Source of the DNA: Lama guanicoe
Lineage: Eukaryota
Assembly: GCA_013239625.1 (NCBI GenBank)
Contig: MU056050.1
Coordinates: 7,083,838-7,147,837, forward strand
Direction: 5' to 3'
Length of the DNA: 64,000 bases
Positions 1 to 12,018 of the stretch are shown piece after piece. The stretch's first letter is position 1; every line of letters begins with the position of its first letter. The notes beneath the pieces were generated by a model. That model had not been told where the DNA came from. It made no database searches and worked only from the letters and a program-made list of their open reading frames with translations. The position numbers and the translations under genes are program-made.

Positions 1-627
1 ACTATAAATTAGTTTGCATTATCTCGAGTTCGCTATAGAAGGAATCAAAGAGGATGTCCTACTCTTTTTTTGGAGGGAGGCATGTGGTTGTCTGGCTTCC
101 TTCATTCAGCATAATTGTTTTGAGATTCATCAATATTGTTGCCTGTATTAATAGTTTACTCCTTTTTATTGCTGACTAATATCTCATGGATGCACTACAG
201 TTTATCCATTTGCCTGCTGAAGGGCATTTGGGTTGTCTCCAGTTTTTTTTTAACTATTATGAATAATATTTCTATGGGCACTGATTTACACGTCTCAATG
301 TGGACATCTATTTTCATTTCTTGTGGGCACATACCTAGGGGTGGAATGACTGAAATCCTTTATGGTAGATGTAAGTTTAACTTAAGCTGCCAAGGTGCCT
401 TCCACAGTGGTTGTACCATTTTACATTCCCACCAGCAATGTCAGAGTTCTAGTTGTATCACATCCTTGCAAATACTTAGTATGGTCAGTTACTTAAATTC
501 TAGACATTTTACTTTGGTTTGTATTTCCCTAATGACTAATAATGTTAAACAGCTTTTCTTGTGCTTATTTGCCATCTGTATGTCTACAGTGAAGTGGCTG
601 TTCATGCCTTTTGCCCATGTTTATTAG
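1..627 (-). mobile_element. Old L1 (L1M-type) 3' fragment
   Basis: Antisense L1 ORF2-end/3'UTR hallmarks: catttgggttgtctccag, catacctaggggtggaat, ccattttacattcccaccagcaatg, gtgcttatttgccatctgtatgtc. Confidence 0.85.
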
Positions 628-887
628 GTTGTCACATTACATATATTACATGTTTTCCTATATTTTACATTTTTTACAGTGATCATGCCTTTGATATGTA
701 GGACCTGAGACCATCTTTCATTGCACTTACTTATGGGCCTTGACAGATATGAGACAAGCATTATGCAATAGGGCTATTGTTTAAAAATTTTATTTTTTTT
801 TCATTTTTGACTTTCTAAGTACAAGATCTCTACTCTAGTCTTTCTGCCTGCGGGTGGAGCTAGAAGAAGGGAGGTTAGAATTTTTAA

Positions 888-1020
888 TTTTTTTTAATGG
901 GGGTAGGTAATTAGATTGATTGATTTATTATTTTTTTAAACTGAGGTACTAGGACTTGAACCCAGGACCTCATGCATGCTAGGCATGCACTCTACCACAG
1001 AACTATACCGTCCTCCCTCC
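888..1020 (-). mobile_element. tRNA-derived SINE (camelid-type) with TSD
   Basis: The reverse strand reads GGAGG..GGTATAGTTCTGTGGTAGAGTGCATGCCTAGCATGCATGAGGTCCTGGGTTCAAGTCC (A/B boxes) plus an A-rich tail. The direct repeat AGGGAGGTTAGAATTTTTAA occurs at 868-887 and 1021-1040. Confidence 0.92.
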
Positions 1021-1629
1021 AGGGAGGTTAGAATTTTTAACAGGAGGAATGCCATGACAAATATCCAGGTAATATTCAGCACCTGGCATCCCAAAATACG
1101 ATGGCATGGCCAAGACAGTATGTCTTGCAAGCCTTGCAGTTGTATCAAGAATTTCCCTAAACTTTATATTCCTTTTTGTGTAGCAACAGCCTGGAATAGT
1201 TGGTTCAGAAAATTCTCCTTTAGTGCACTAGAGATACTCTTACCCCATGAATAAGAGTTATCTGGGGTCAGGAAGAAGAAGGAAAGGCCTTAAGGAAAGT
1301 TAGGGGGAAAAGTCCACTCCTTCAGCACCTCAGAGATGGTGGGAAAATGGAAAGGTGGTGGGAGAGGCTGGAGAGCAGAGAAACCAGATGGTGCTTCACA
1401 TTTTCCTAACTTTGGGCCTTGGTTGCTTCAGGTAAGTGAGGTTAACATGGAAAAAAAACAACTATTGCTCTGCTCTTCATTTAGGACTCTAGGTTTCTTT
1501 AGCTAGCCCCCACCCTGGCCTCCTCTTCCTTCTCACCTGGGGCATGGCCCAGAAACTTTGCAGTATAGTGTGGTCAGGCAGAGCAAGGTGCTCTCTGAGG
1601 TTTTTTTTCCCCCGAGGTTTTGCTTTCTT

Positions 1630-1944
1630 TTTTAAAATCTGCTTTACTGATATATGACATTGACACATAAAATTGTAAGACAGCTAAAGCATACATTGTG
1701 GTGATTTGATATAGATGTATACTGTGAAAGGATTCCCCCCATTCAGTTAATTGACACATCCATCAACTCACATATTTATCTTTTGTTGTTGTTGAAAACA
1801 TTTAAGTTCTACTTTCTTTGCAAACTTCCAATTATACACTACAGTGTTATCAACTAGAGTTACCATATTATACATCAGCTCCTCAGACATTATTCATCTT
1901 ATAACTGAAAATACGTACCCTTTTACCAACCTCTATTTCCCCTT
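1630..1944 (-). mobile_element. 5'-truncated L1 3' end with TSD
   Basis: T-tract followed by antisense L1 3'UTR. TSD GAGGTTTTGCTTTCTT at 1614-1629 and 1945-1960. Confidence 0.85.
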
Positions 1945-2309
1945 GAGGTTTTGCTTTCTTAAGCCTCTCTTGGTTCCCATGTGGTATATACATGGCCCAG
2001 AAAAGGCTAAGAGTCTAGCTGGGGAGTTTGCCAAGGCGAGTGACTGGTGGAGGTGAGGGGGCTCCACCAGGAGTGTTATGGAGCAGACAGAACTGAACTG
2101 AGGTGGAATGGGAAGTCCAGAGGCTTCTACTAAGCCAAGTGAGACCAGACCATGTGTCACTGCACAGATGGCCAACTCCAACTGTGAATGCCAACAGGCC
2201 AAGCACTATCTCAGTGGAGACAAGGGCATCTCTCTGGAGACCAGAGGTGGTAGAGGACATTTCATCCAAGCACCCTGACTTTATTCCACCTCCATGAGGT
2301 CATGGAAGC

Positions 2310-2450
2310 CAGCGTTCCCCAAACTTTAACATGCATATAATACACTGGGGGATCTTGTGAAAATGCAGATTTGGATTCAGTAGGCCTGGAGTGGGGCCTG
2401 AGAATCTGCATTTCTAATAAGCTCCAAGGTGATGCCCACACTGCTGACAT
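2310..2450. mobile_element. MER5A-like hAT-Charlie DNA transposon fragment
   Basis: gattcagtaggcctggagtggggcctgagaatctgcatttctaataagctccaaggtgatgc matches the MER5A core. Confidence 0.8.
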
Positions 2451-3666
2451 TTAGAGGAGTCAGAGCATAAGCCACACCTCTTGCCCCAGATGTTTAGGCA
2501 CCATCTTTGGAAAAGCAGAATGATGGGGAGGCCCCCTGAAAGTCTGAGCCATTTTGGGGGCCCTGCAAAGGCAGGATCTGGAGCAGTATGTTAGAAAAAT
2601 CAATGACCGAGCCAGAAAGCCAAAGGAAGGCAGGCACTTAGATCCAGCACATAGTGCTAGATGTGTTAAAAACATGTTAAAGAAGTCCACTCAAGAAGTA
2701 GGCTGAAATGTTAAAGTGGCAGCGGATACCACTCAGTTGGGCTGTTCTAAAAGGAACAGGGAAATAAGAGTGGGCGACACTGATGGTGCACTCCACTGCT
2801 GCAGAACAATATGGGACACAGTAAAATATTTCTGTTGCCAGTGAAGTGACAAAAGTCACTTTAGGCCTGAAAAGTTCAAAGCCTAAGGGAGGGCCGGGTT
2901 TTGAGAGAGAGCATTGGTCAGGGTCAAGGACCTCACTAGGGCCCTAGGGCCCTAGGCTTCAGAAACATCAGTAGCACCTCCAGTGAGCAATTTGCAAGGA
3001 TGGTTCTCCAGGTGAAACAAATGAGATGCAGGTAACATCTTCCCTAGGAGGCAGAAGTGCTGAGCAAGGTGTGGCAACAGTGGTGGCAGCAGCCAGAGAA
3101 GCACAGGCTAAAAACAATGTCTCGGGATCTTGTAGGGAATGGAAAAGTACAGAAATGAGATCAGGAGCAGGGGCTGTGGAGAGGACAGGGCTCTGCGCTG
3201 GGCTTGCAGAGTTGTCAGCTACGAAACGTGGGCTGTCCGGCTCAGTAACACCCATAAGTAATTAGGGAGTCTAATCTGACTCCCTAAGTCAAGAGAGGCT
3301 GTAGCATTGTTGGTAAGCATTACTGAAAATCCATCACTTATAACAGGATAGAGGATTTATCTGCATTATAAGCAGAAGAGATCAGTTCCAAATCCAGTCT
3401 TTACACAAATTACTATTTTAGTATTTCTAATCATAACATTTCAATTACGTTTTTGTCCTTGGTGTAACTTCTGGTGACTGGCAGTGGCACTCGGTTCCTT
3501 GACCTTTGGATAAGGAGCTTAAAAAAACACAGTAAAACATTTATTTTTAATAGTGGAGATGACAAAGTTATTCAAGATAGATTCTATTTATACTTTCATA
3601 CTCAATAGGAAGAGAGCCATGTCCTGATCTGTATATGGGGTTGTGGAGTAGAGTTGGAGAGGAGGT

Positions 3667-3885
3667 AGTGGGTCTCACTGGGAGACAACTTTGTACCCCA
3701 GGGGACATTTAGAAATGTCTGGAGACATTTTTGGTTGTTACAAATTGGGGAGGGGATTTACTCCTCCTCTAGTGGGTAGAGGCTATGGATGATGCTAAAC
3801 ATACTACAATGCACAGGACAGTCCCCATAACAAAAAATTATCCAGCCCAAAATGCCAGTAGTGGCAAGGCTGAGAAATCCTAGGT
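3667..3885. mobile_element. MER20-like hAT-Charlie DNA transposon
   Basis: ccccaggggacatttagaaatgtctggagacatttttggttgt ... tagtgggtagaggc ... tacaatgcacaggacag ... aattatccagcccaaaatg. Confidence 0.85.
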
Positions 3886-4539
3886 TAGATGTGTTGGAGA
3901 GGCAGGACAATCACTTATAATATCTTGTTTAGTTAAAGCTATACTTGAGGGGGCAGAGTTGTCTTCTGGCAGAAGTGAAAAACTCTATCCTCCATCCTGC
4001 CCAAGGAGAACATGGCTTTTCCTTTGTATGGGGATGCAGACTAGCATAATGACGGTGCTGGAGACCCTGCAGACCACAGTGGCTGTGATGATTCTTGGTT
4101 GTGTCTCAGAGCCTGGACGAGGTAACCATATATACAGATCTCATCTGTGAAGAATGTAACTACAGTTCCGGTTTCTAATTATCTAGAAATAGACAAAAGG
4201 ATTCCAAACTACATGTGTGCAAACTGTGTTCTCATCAGTTATGTGTATCCCTTGGTGTCCGTGTGTAGTAGATGGCCTTGTTACAGTGGGTAAGTCAATT
4301 TCATATGTGAAATAGACATCTTCATTCTCCCATCACCTCCATGATACAGTGAACATAAATTCTTTTTCAAAAAGCATTTGACGTGGCCACTGTTTAATAT
4401 AAGATGCCTACCTGAAACTTTCTTGCTACTGGAAGTAGAAGGTAACGGTTGAAGATGGAGAGAGCAATCTGACTGCTAAAGTGATGTACTCTCCCAGAGG
4501 CAGATTACAGTCTCATCTTCTCACTGAACTGAATTCTGA

Positions 4540-7500
4540 GCTTTTCTTCGTGACTCCTCCTTCATAAACTATTCATTCCTTCCTCCCTCTCACACTGTCT
4601 GTTCTTACTGGCTGGTCCTTTTTAAACTTTTGCTTGTATACATTCTCTTCCTTATCTTTTAAAAAAGTCTTTTCTGTACTCCCTTTAAAACTTCTTTTTC
4701 ACCATTTCTTTTTCTCTCCCTCTCTCCTCCTCTTCTGGCCCCTTCCCTTCCCCACCCTTTTGACTCCTCTCTTTTCTTTCTTTTTACTATTTACTGATCC
4801 ATTTAAAAAGTTTTTCATTTCTTCTCTTTCCTTTTGTGTACTGACTTTTTACCGGTTTTTCCTTTTTCAGATCAGTTCTATCTATGTATGCGTGTCTGAC
4901 TATCTATCTATCTACCTACTTATCTACCTACATCTGCCCACCTACTTACCTATTTAATTGCGTAGCTGTCATCAATCTACGATCTTTGACTCTAGTTATT
5001 AACTGACTTCTTTTTAGATTCCCCTTTCTCCTGCTCTGTGCAACTGTCCTTAATTTTCACAGTAGCTCCTCCTTTTAAACTCCTGTGTCTCTGTCATGTT
5101 GTCTCTACTTTTTCATTTTGCCATTTTTCCCTAGCCTCGTCCCTTTAAAAATTCTTCACTTTAAAATTCTTTCCTACCTTCTTCCATCCCTCCCCTTTTT
5201 CCTTCCTTTCTTCCTTCTTCCTCCTTCATCCTTTTCTACTCTCTCTTTTACTTCCACTTTCACTATTTTGTTCTTTTTTTGAACTATATTTTATTTGCTA
5301 CTCCTTTTAGAACTTAATTCACCTTCTCTTTTTATTATTTTTTGTAGTGGCATTTATTACTGCTTCCTTATTAAACATCTTCATTCTTCTCTTTCTTACC
5401 TTCTTCTCTAACACTATCATCTCTGTAGTCTTTTCTTACTCATTCCCCCCCTTTTTAATCTCTCTCAAATTTACTATTGGCTCCTCCTTTTTAAACTCTT
5501 CTGCTTGTGAAACATTCTCCTTTTCTTATGTCTCTGACTTTCCTTTTCCCTTTTCTTTTCTTTCTCTCATTCTCCTATTTTTCTCTGTTTTACATATTCT
5601 TGTAAATTATTCCATTTTGACGCACCTGCTTTTTCTTTCATATTTCCTCCTTCCTTCATTCTTTCCCTCCCTTATTCCATTTCTTCTTCTCATTCCCTTT
5701 CTGTATTTCTCTTTCTCCTCTGTGCCTGTCTGTATGCAGCCTGCCTGCCTTCCTCTCTTCCTGTCCTACCCTAGCCTGCCCTACCCTGTCCTGTCCTGTC
5801 CATCTTCCCCCTTTCTTTTACTCTCTACATACTTTCACTTTTCCTTTTCCTTTCTAACTCTTCTCCTCTCTTTCATGTACTTACTTACTTTTTTACTGGG
5901 TTCTCTTTTTTAAAAAAGTTCTATCTATCGATCGATTAATCGGTCCATCCATCTATCAATCACCTATCTACGGTTCTATCTATTCATATTTTATATACTT
6001 TACTACCTGTCTACATTTCTATCTAGCCGTCAATTCATCCATTCATCTTATGTCACTAATAATTTAACTGACTGTTTTTTTAAATTCGAAGTTGCCTGTC
6101 TGGTTTCCTTCCATTTTTCCCTCCCTCCCTTTGTCCCAACTTCTTTTCCTCCCTTTTCTTCCTGGCTCCTGCTTTTAATTTTTTTGTTCTTTTTCTTGCA
6201 CTTCTTTTTTTCTTTTTACCCTTTTACTGGTACCTCCTTTCATAGTCGGTTCTGTCCATCTGTTTACCTAACTATAAATCATCTATTGGTCTATCAACAT
6301 TTTAGTTTTTTAAAAAAATGATTATTACTTCTAATCTTTAAATCTCTTTCACTTCCAGACAGTTGTACTTGATTTTCTTACTGGCTCCTCTTTTTCCAAA
6401 CATTCTCATGCTCACCTTTAATCTCTTTTCTTTTCCTTCTTATACCAACTTGTACTTTTTCTTTCCTCTCACTCACTTTTTTATATCTCCTCTTCCTTCC
6501 TTTCTGTACGTCTCTTTCACTATGTTTCCTTCACTGTCTTTCTTTTTTTCCTTTTCCTGACTACCCCCTATCCTTCCTCTTCTCTCTCCTTCCTGCCTGC
6601 CTTCCATTCTTCTTCTACTCTTTTTACTGGCTCCTCTTAAACTTTTCATTTCTCCTCTCTTTTTGACTCTGTCTTTTTTTGTGCTGTCTTTACTGTTGGC
6701 TTCTTTTTAAAGCCCATTCTGTCTATCTCTGCGTATCTTCATCATCTATCTGTCATCCTTATTTTACTGTATTTTTTTTACTGAATTTTGCTTTTTAAAT
6801 GTCTATCTCTGCAATATGTTCACAATTCGACTTCATTTTGTAGTGCGCGCCTCCTTTTTAAACTTTTTTCTCACTTTCACATTCTCTTTTTATTTTTTTC
6901 CTACTCATCCCTTTTACACTTTTAGCCTTTCTTTCTAGCATTCCTTCCTCCCTTTCCTCCCCACCCCCTCCCTTTCTCTAGGACTCCTGGTGACTTTCTC
7001 TCACTCTTTCTGGCTTTTCTGTCTTCTTTGCCTGCAGGCCTGTGTGCATTTTTCCTCCCTCCTTCCTTCTCCTCTCTCTTTCCTTCCTCTCTCCCATTCT
7101 TCCCACCTTCCCTCCGGCCTTTCTCTTCTTTCCTTTGTCCTTCATTACGTTTTTCCTTCTTATATTTCTCCCTCTAAGGGTCCTCCTCCCTCTCTCCCAA
7201 CCCCCTCACTCCCCCTTCCTACTCCTACTCTCATCTTACTGCCTCCAGTTTTTAAACTCCTTTCTTTCCTTCTCTTTGTAACTCTTTTTTTGTATTATCT
7301 TTTTTACTGGCTTTTTTTTTTACAGTCCTATTATCTAGCTATCAAATCATTTGTCCTCATGTTACTGTATTCTTTTATTGGCTTTTCCATTGTAAATGGA
7401 CCTCAATAGCACACAAAATTTGATTTGATTTGCTTACTGGCTCCATTTTTAAAAATTTGTCTTTCCTCTTTTTCCCCCCCTTTCTTTTTGTCTTGTCATT

Positions 7501-10116
7501 TTTAGTTCATATCTATCTATCTATCTATCTATCTATCACCTATCTTTATTTCACTGTATTTTTAAACTGACTGACTTTTTTACCCTCTCCCCCACTATAT
7601 TTGATTTTACTTTATAAACTTTTTTCTTCCATCTTTCACCTCTCTTTTCTAACTTTCTATCTTTTTTGTCCTAGCTTTTTTTGTAGGCTTTTCCTCTATG
7701 GAGTCTCATCTACATACCTATCTAGGTATCAATCATCTCCATCTTTCTTCTAACTCTTTTTTAGTGACTTTTCAAAACTTCCCCCACCCATATCATACTT
7801 GATTTTCTTACTTGCTCCTCATTTTCAATTCTCTCTCCCCTTTTACTCTTTTGCACTGTTCCACCCTTTTTAAACTTCTCTGTTTTGTCTTGTCCCCTGT
7901 TTGTTTTATTCCATATGTCCAAGTGTTTTACTTGCTCTTTCACTTTCTGTTTGATCTCTTTGCTTTCCTTCCCTCCTTCATCTCTCTAGCCTGTTCCTCA
8001 CTTCCTTCCTCCCTCCTTCCTCCCTCCCTTCTGCTTTAAAAATTTTTTAATTTATATTTTATTGCTTCCCTCCTGCTTTTTAAAAAAACTCACTTTTTAT
8101 GGGATCTGCCTCAAACTTTCATCTGTCTGTCTGTCTATCTATCACCCATGATGTTTATTTTACAGTCTCTTTCTCCCTCAAGTCTTTTAAAACTGCCCCC
8201 ATGCCCCCAGTTGGGGGCTGCTTTTCAAGCTGCTCTCTTCCACAATCACATTCCCTTTTCTTTTTTCTTTTCTTTTTTCCTACTGCCACAACCTTTTAAA
8301 ACTTCCCTTTTTTTTTCTTTTTCGGGTTTTATTCTCTTCATCTTTCACTCACTTTCATCCTGTTCCTTTCTGTTTCGTCTTCCTTCCTTCCTTGCCCCGT
8401 TCCCCCTCCCCAGTCTCTCTTCCTCAGGTGCTTCTCCATCCCCCCACTGTTCTTTCCCCCCTGCCCCTACTCTCCCCTCTCTTTACTCACTTTTTATGGG
8501 CTCCTCTTCTTAAACTTTTCTTCCTTCTTTCTCTCTTTCTCTCATCTGCCATCTTGTTTTGTACTTTTGTTTTTTCCTAGCTTATCCTTTTTAAAGTTGG
8601 CTCTCTCTCGCTCTTATTTTACATGTTTTTTTACTGACTCCTTTACAAGTCTCTCTCACACAATCATATTCCCTCTTTTTCTATCTTACTTTTCCATACT
8701 GACTCATCCTTTTAAAAAACTTTTTTCCTTCCTGCCTTTCCTTCTCTATTCCCTTTTGCCTTTTCTTTCCCTCTCTTTTCCTGCCTGCAAGCCAGCCTTC
8801 CTCCCATCCTTCCGCCCTATTTTATTCTCTTTTCACAGGCTTCTCTTTCCAAACTGTCTTTTTCCCTTCTCCTTCTAACTCTCCTCTCCTTCTATCTTTT
8901 TTGTCCTGCCTTTTTACTGGCTCCTGTCTTGTAACCTCATCTTATTTATCTGTATTCTCTTTGTTCTTTCTATCTCTCTTTCACTGTCCCTCCTTTCTTT
9001 CTTCCATGGTTTCTTTCTGTATTTTCCTGTACTGCCTTTCTTACTGGCTATTGGCTCTTCTTTTTGAAGTATGTTCACATTTTCTTCCTCCCTTCTCTCT
9101 TCTCTCTCTCATTTAACAGTCCTGTCCTTTGTAACCTTTTAGATCTCTCTTTCCTTATAGTACTATTCTTTTTTTCCTCTCCCTTTTGCTCGGTCTCTAT
9201 TTCTCCACTTTTCATTTCACTCTTTGCTTTTTCTCTTTTTCTTTCTTTTTTGTTTTATTTCCATATTTTCTTTCACTGCCTCCTTTTTAATATTTTCTTT
9301 TTTTTACCTATTCTCCCCTCCTACTGTGTCCTATCTTCCTTTTATCTTCATTGTACTGCTTTTTCATTCAGTCTCTATTGTACTGCTTTCTGTTACTGGC
9401 TTCTCCTTTTCAAAGTCTCTCTCTTTATTTAAGTGTCTTACTTCACTAAATTCTCATTTTTTTCCCTCTCTCTCTGCCACTGCCCTCCTCCTCCAAATTG
9501 TATCTGATCTTCTTACTGGCACCTCTTTTTCAAATTCTTCTCTCACTTTCACATTCTTTCTTTTTCTTTATTTTACTTTTTCCTACTGACTCATCCTTTT
9601 TAAACTTCTTTCTTCTCTTTCTCCCTCCCGCCTCTCTGTTCCTGTACTTTTGTATGTCTTTTTCTCGCTCCCTTTCTTTCACTCTCTCTCTTTTCTTTGT
9701 CTCTTTGCCTTTCTTCCTCCTACTCCTTGTCTCTTTCTGTCTCTTGTTTCTTTGCCTTTGTCTTCCTTCCCCTCCTTCATCCTGTGGGTGTCTGTGTGTG
9801 TTTTCTTACTACCTTCTTCTGCTCAATATTTTTTTCTCTCATTCATTCTCCTCCTCCATTTCATTCCCTCTGTATCATCTTTTCTTACTGCCTCTTTCTT
9901 TCAAATCTTTTTGTTCTTTCTTTTTAGTTCTGTCTCTTGCTTAGTATAATTTAAAATCTCTCTTATCTATGTTAAAAAAACTTTCTTCCTCTTAGTAGCT
10001 TCCTTTGTTCTGTAAAATTTTCTTACTGAACCTCAGTTAAAATTTTTCTTCTATTTTTTTCTATATTTTCTTTCATTGTCTCCCTCTTTGTTTCAGTCTA
10101 ATTATTATTATTATTG

Positions 10117-10160
<44 letters not shown>

Positions 10161-10275
10161 GTAATCTTACTGCATCCTCTATCTTACTGGCTCCTTTCCT
10201 CTCTGTATATAGCTCTGTCTCTTTCTTATTTTTTTTTGTACTGTCTCCTCTTACTGGATCCTTTTTAAACTTCTA
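4540..10275. repeat. 5.7-kb pyrimidine-rich degenerate tandem/low-complexity array
   Basis: The + strand is dominated by T/C with very little G. TTACTGG(CTCCTC..TTTTAAA) cores and TCTA/ATCT patches recur, and blocks at ~6363 and ~9498 are internally similar. Confidence 0.9.
10101..10160. repeat. (TAT)n microsatellite
   Basis: About 20 ATT/TAT units with two TGT interruptions. Confidence 0.95.
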
Positions 10276-10564
10276 GAAAAGGCTCCTGTCTACTGAGTCA
10301 CTTTATAGTGGTGTTTAATTTGTTATCATGTCTATAATATAATAATATTGAGTATATGTATGTGTGCCTACATTCTGTACAACTTGAGCTGTCACCGGAA
10401 AGTGCCTTACACAGTCCCTGGCACAGGTGAGCTTCTAGAATTTCCCTTTGCAAAGGCCTCATGAACTCACTGTGTAAGCACATAAGGGGTTTACAAAGCC
10501 ACCAATATTTGACATACAGTAATGCATCTTCTACTTAGCTACTTTGTCTTTTATTGTCACTCAC

Positions 10565-10685
10565 CTTTTGTTTCATCTTCATCTTTGTCTTCAAACATAC
10601 TTCCCTCTGATCCTTCTCTCTGAAGGTCATTCCTTTGCATTTTTCGTAAATGATAAGCGATTTTTTTCTCTAGAAGTGTTTGTTT
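10565..10685 (-). pseudogene. FSIP2L: FSIP2-like exon 8 (121 nt, open)
   Basis: gtttttag|KQTLLEKKIAYHLRKMQRNDLQREGSEGSMFEDKDEDETK-G|gtgagt. Phase 0 to 1. Confidence 0.9.
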
Positions 10686-11110
10686 CTAAAAACGTTAAAA
10701 ATATATTTAACATATTTAAAAATTAAATATCAACTTGCCACTGGAAATGCAAAACAGACATTTCAAAGATGACGGTATATCTGAAGGGAGCCCTCATTCC
10801 TGTCTTGAGATTTCTAAAGTCATAATGAGTACAAAGCTAGGAAGTTAATAAGGGTAAGTTCCCTTTTGTTGTCTAGCATGAAGAATATATTTTAATAACT
10901 GGATCCAATTTAATTCATAGCCTACTTTCTGGAGACTGGTCCCATTTCAGAGCAGCCTTTGAAGTTTAGGTTCAGACCAGACTACATCTCTCCATCGATA
11001 GCTATCTTTGTGAGTTTAGGCCACTTCTGAAAAATCACACTTTCAAATATCAAACCTGGCAAAAGCCTTTCCTCAAAACAGCCCAAGTTATTGGTCAAAG
11101 CTCACTCTAC

Positions 11111-11221
11111 CTTCTGGTGAGCTGCCTCTCTGACTTTTTGACGTTGTTCCTCAACTCTTGCTTCTCTTTTTACTTCTTCTCCAATCTTTGTCAGAAGTAA
11201 CATTTCTTTCATTTTCCATTC
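11111..11221 (-). pseudogene. FSIP2L: FSIP2-like exon 7 (111 nt, open)
   Basis: ctcctcag|EWKMKEMLLLTKIGEEVKREARVEEQRQKVREAAHQK|gtagag. Phase 0 to 0. Confidence 0.92.
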
Positions 11222-11876
11222 CTGAGGAGCACAATATTATGGTAGTCAGCAGGGGTTCTCTTTCATAATCTTTGTTTTTGGTCAATAAGCAAATTAGGTC
11301 AAACCAAGGGCCTTAGAGAAATGTGGACAACCATAATGAAAATCTTTCATTGGTTTTAGAATGGGCTTATCTCACTGCTTTTTATTGGGAATATATTGGT
11401 GGATGTACTGGAATGGCAAAAGGAAGTTATTTTGTTATTGGAAACTCAATTCAAGTTGAGTTTACAATAACAATAAGCCTGGCTCCAAAGATAGCTCTAA
11501 AAAGATGCTGGCAAGAGGGTTCTCTCTTATGGAGTTGGTGGGGGGGCAGTTATCGTATGTAATCTGATGCCCTTAAGTGTATTTTGACAGAGAACCTAAA
11601 CAAATAGCCTTGTCTGAATTTTGAGGAGTGGGAATACAGACATGATTCTTTCATTAGAGTTAAATTCTAAAACTTAAAGAGCAGATGAGATGTGACTGTA
11701 CTGCGATAGATATATAATTTGTGGTATCAGTCTCACTATATTAAGCAAAAGCTTGTTTGTTTATTTTTCAGACCTGAAATAATGTCAGTTAATATGATGA
11801 GACTGCTAAAAATGTTTATAAGTAAAACAACCATATACAATTTCCCTATCAATATTTAAAATTTAGTGTTTCTCAC

Positions 11877-12018
11877 CTGTTCAATTTGTCTACGGAGACT
11901 AAGTTTTCTTCTAATGTTATCCTGATGTCTTTTTTCTTCTTTCTTCATCGGGTGTATGCTCTGCTTTTCAGCCGTGTGCTCAGCCTTGTTTAATTCCCTA
12001 CGAATCATATCTAAATAT
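11877..12018 (-). pseudogene. FSIP2L: FSIP2-like exon 6 (142 nt, open)
   Basis: ttttacatag|A-YLDMIRRELNKAEHTAEKQSIHPMKKEEKRHQDNIRRKLSLRRQIEQ|gtgaga. Phase 2 to 0. Contained in ORF-track entry 11856..12176. Confidence 0.92.

Noticed and set aside
888..1020. tRNA gene (also 31181-31317 and 46190-46336)
   Set aside because: A/B boxes are present, but so are A-rich tails, a TSD and divergence between copies: these are SINEs, not tRNAs.
2936..2957. Palindromic repeat CTAGGGCCCTAGGGCCCTAGG
   Set aside because: Short single occurrence explained by a 9-bp slippage duplication, with no supporting context.
3335..3360. Minus-strand ILYPVIS resembling FSIP2 ILYPAIT
   Set aside because: Flanking residues do not align and no suitable splice boundaries are present; a likely chance match.
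4540..10275. Array as an RPGR-ORF15-like Glu/Lys-rich giant coding exon on the minus strand
   Set aside because: The minus strand has only one 60-aa ORF here and no triplet periodicity; TAA stops are frequent.
4634..10276. Many + strand Leu/Phe/Ser/Pro-rich ORFs resembling membrane proteins
   Set aside because: By-product of T/C-rich sequence that rarely forms stop codons. They overlap in several frames and show no domain or splice support.
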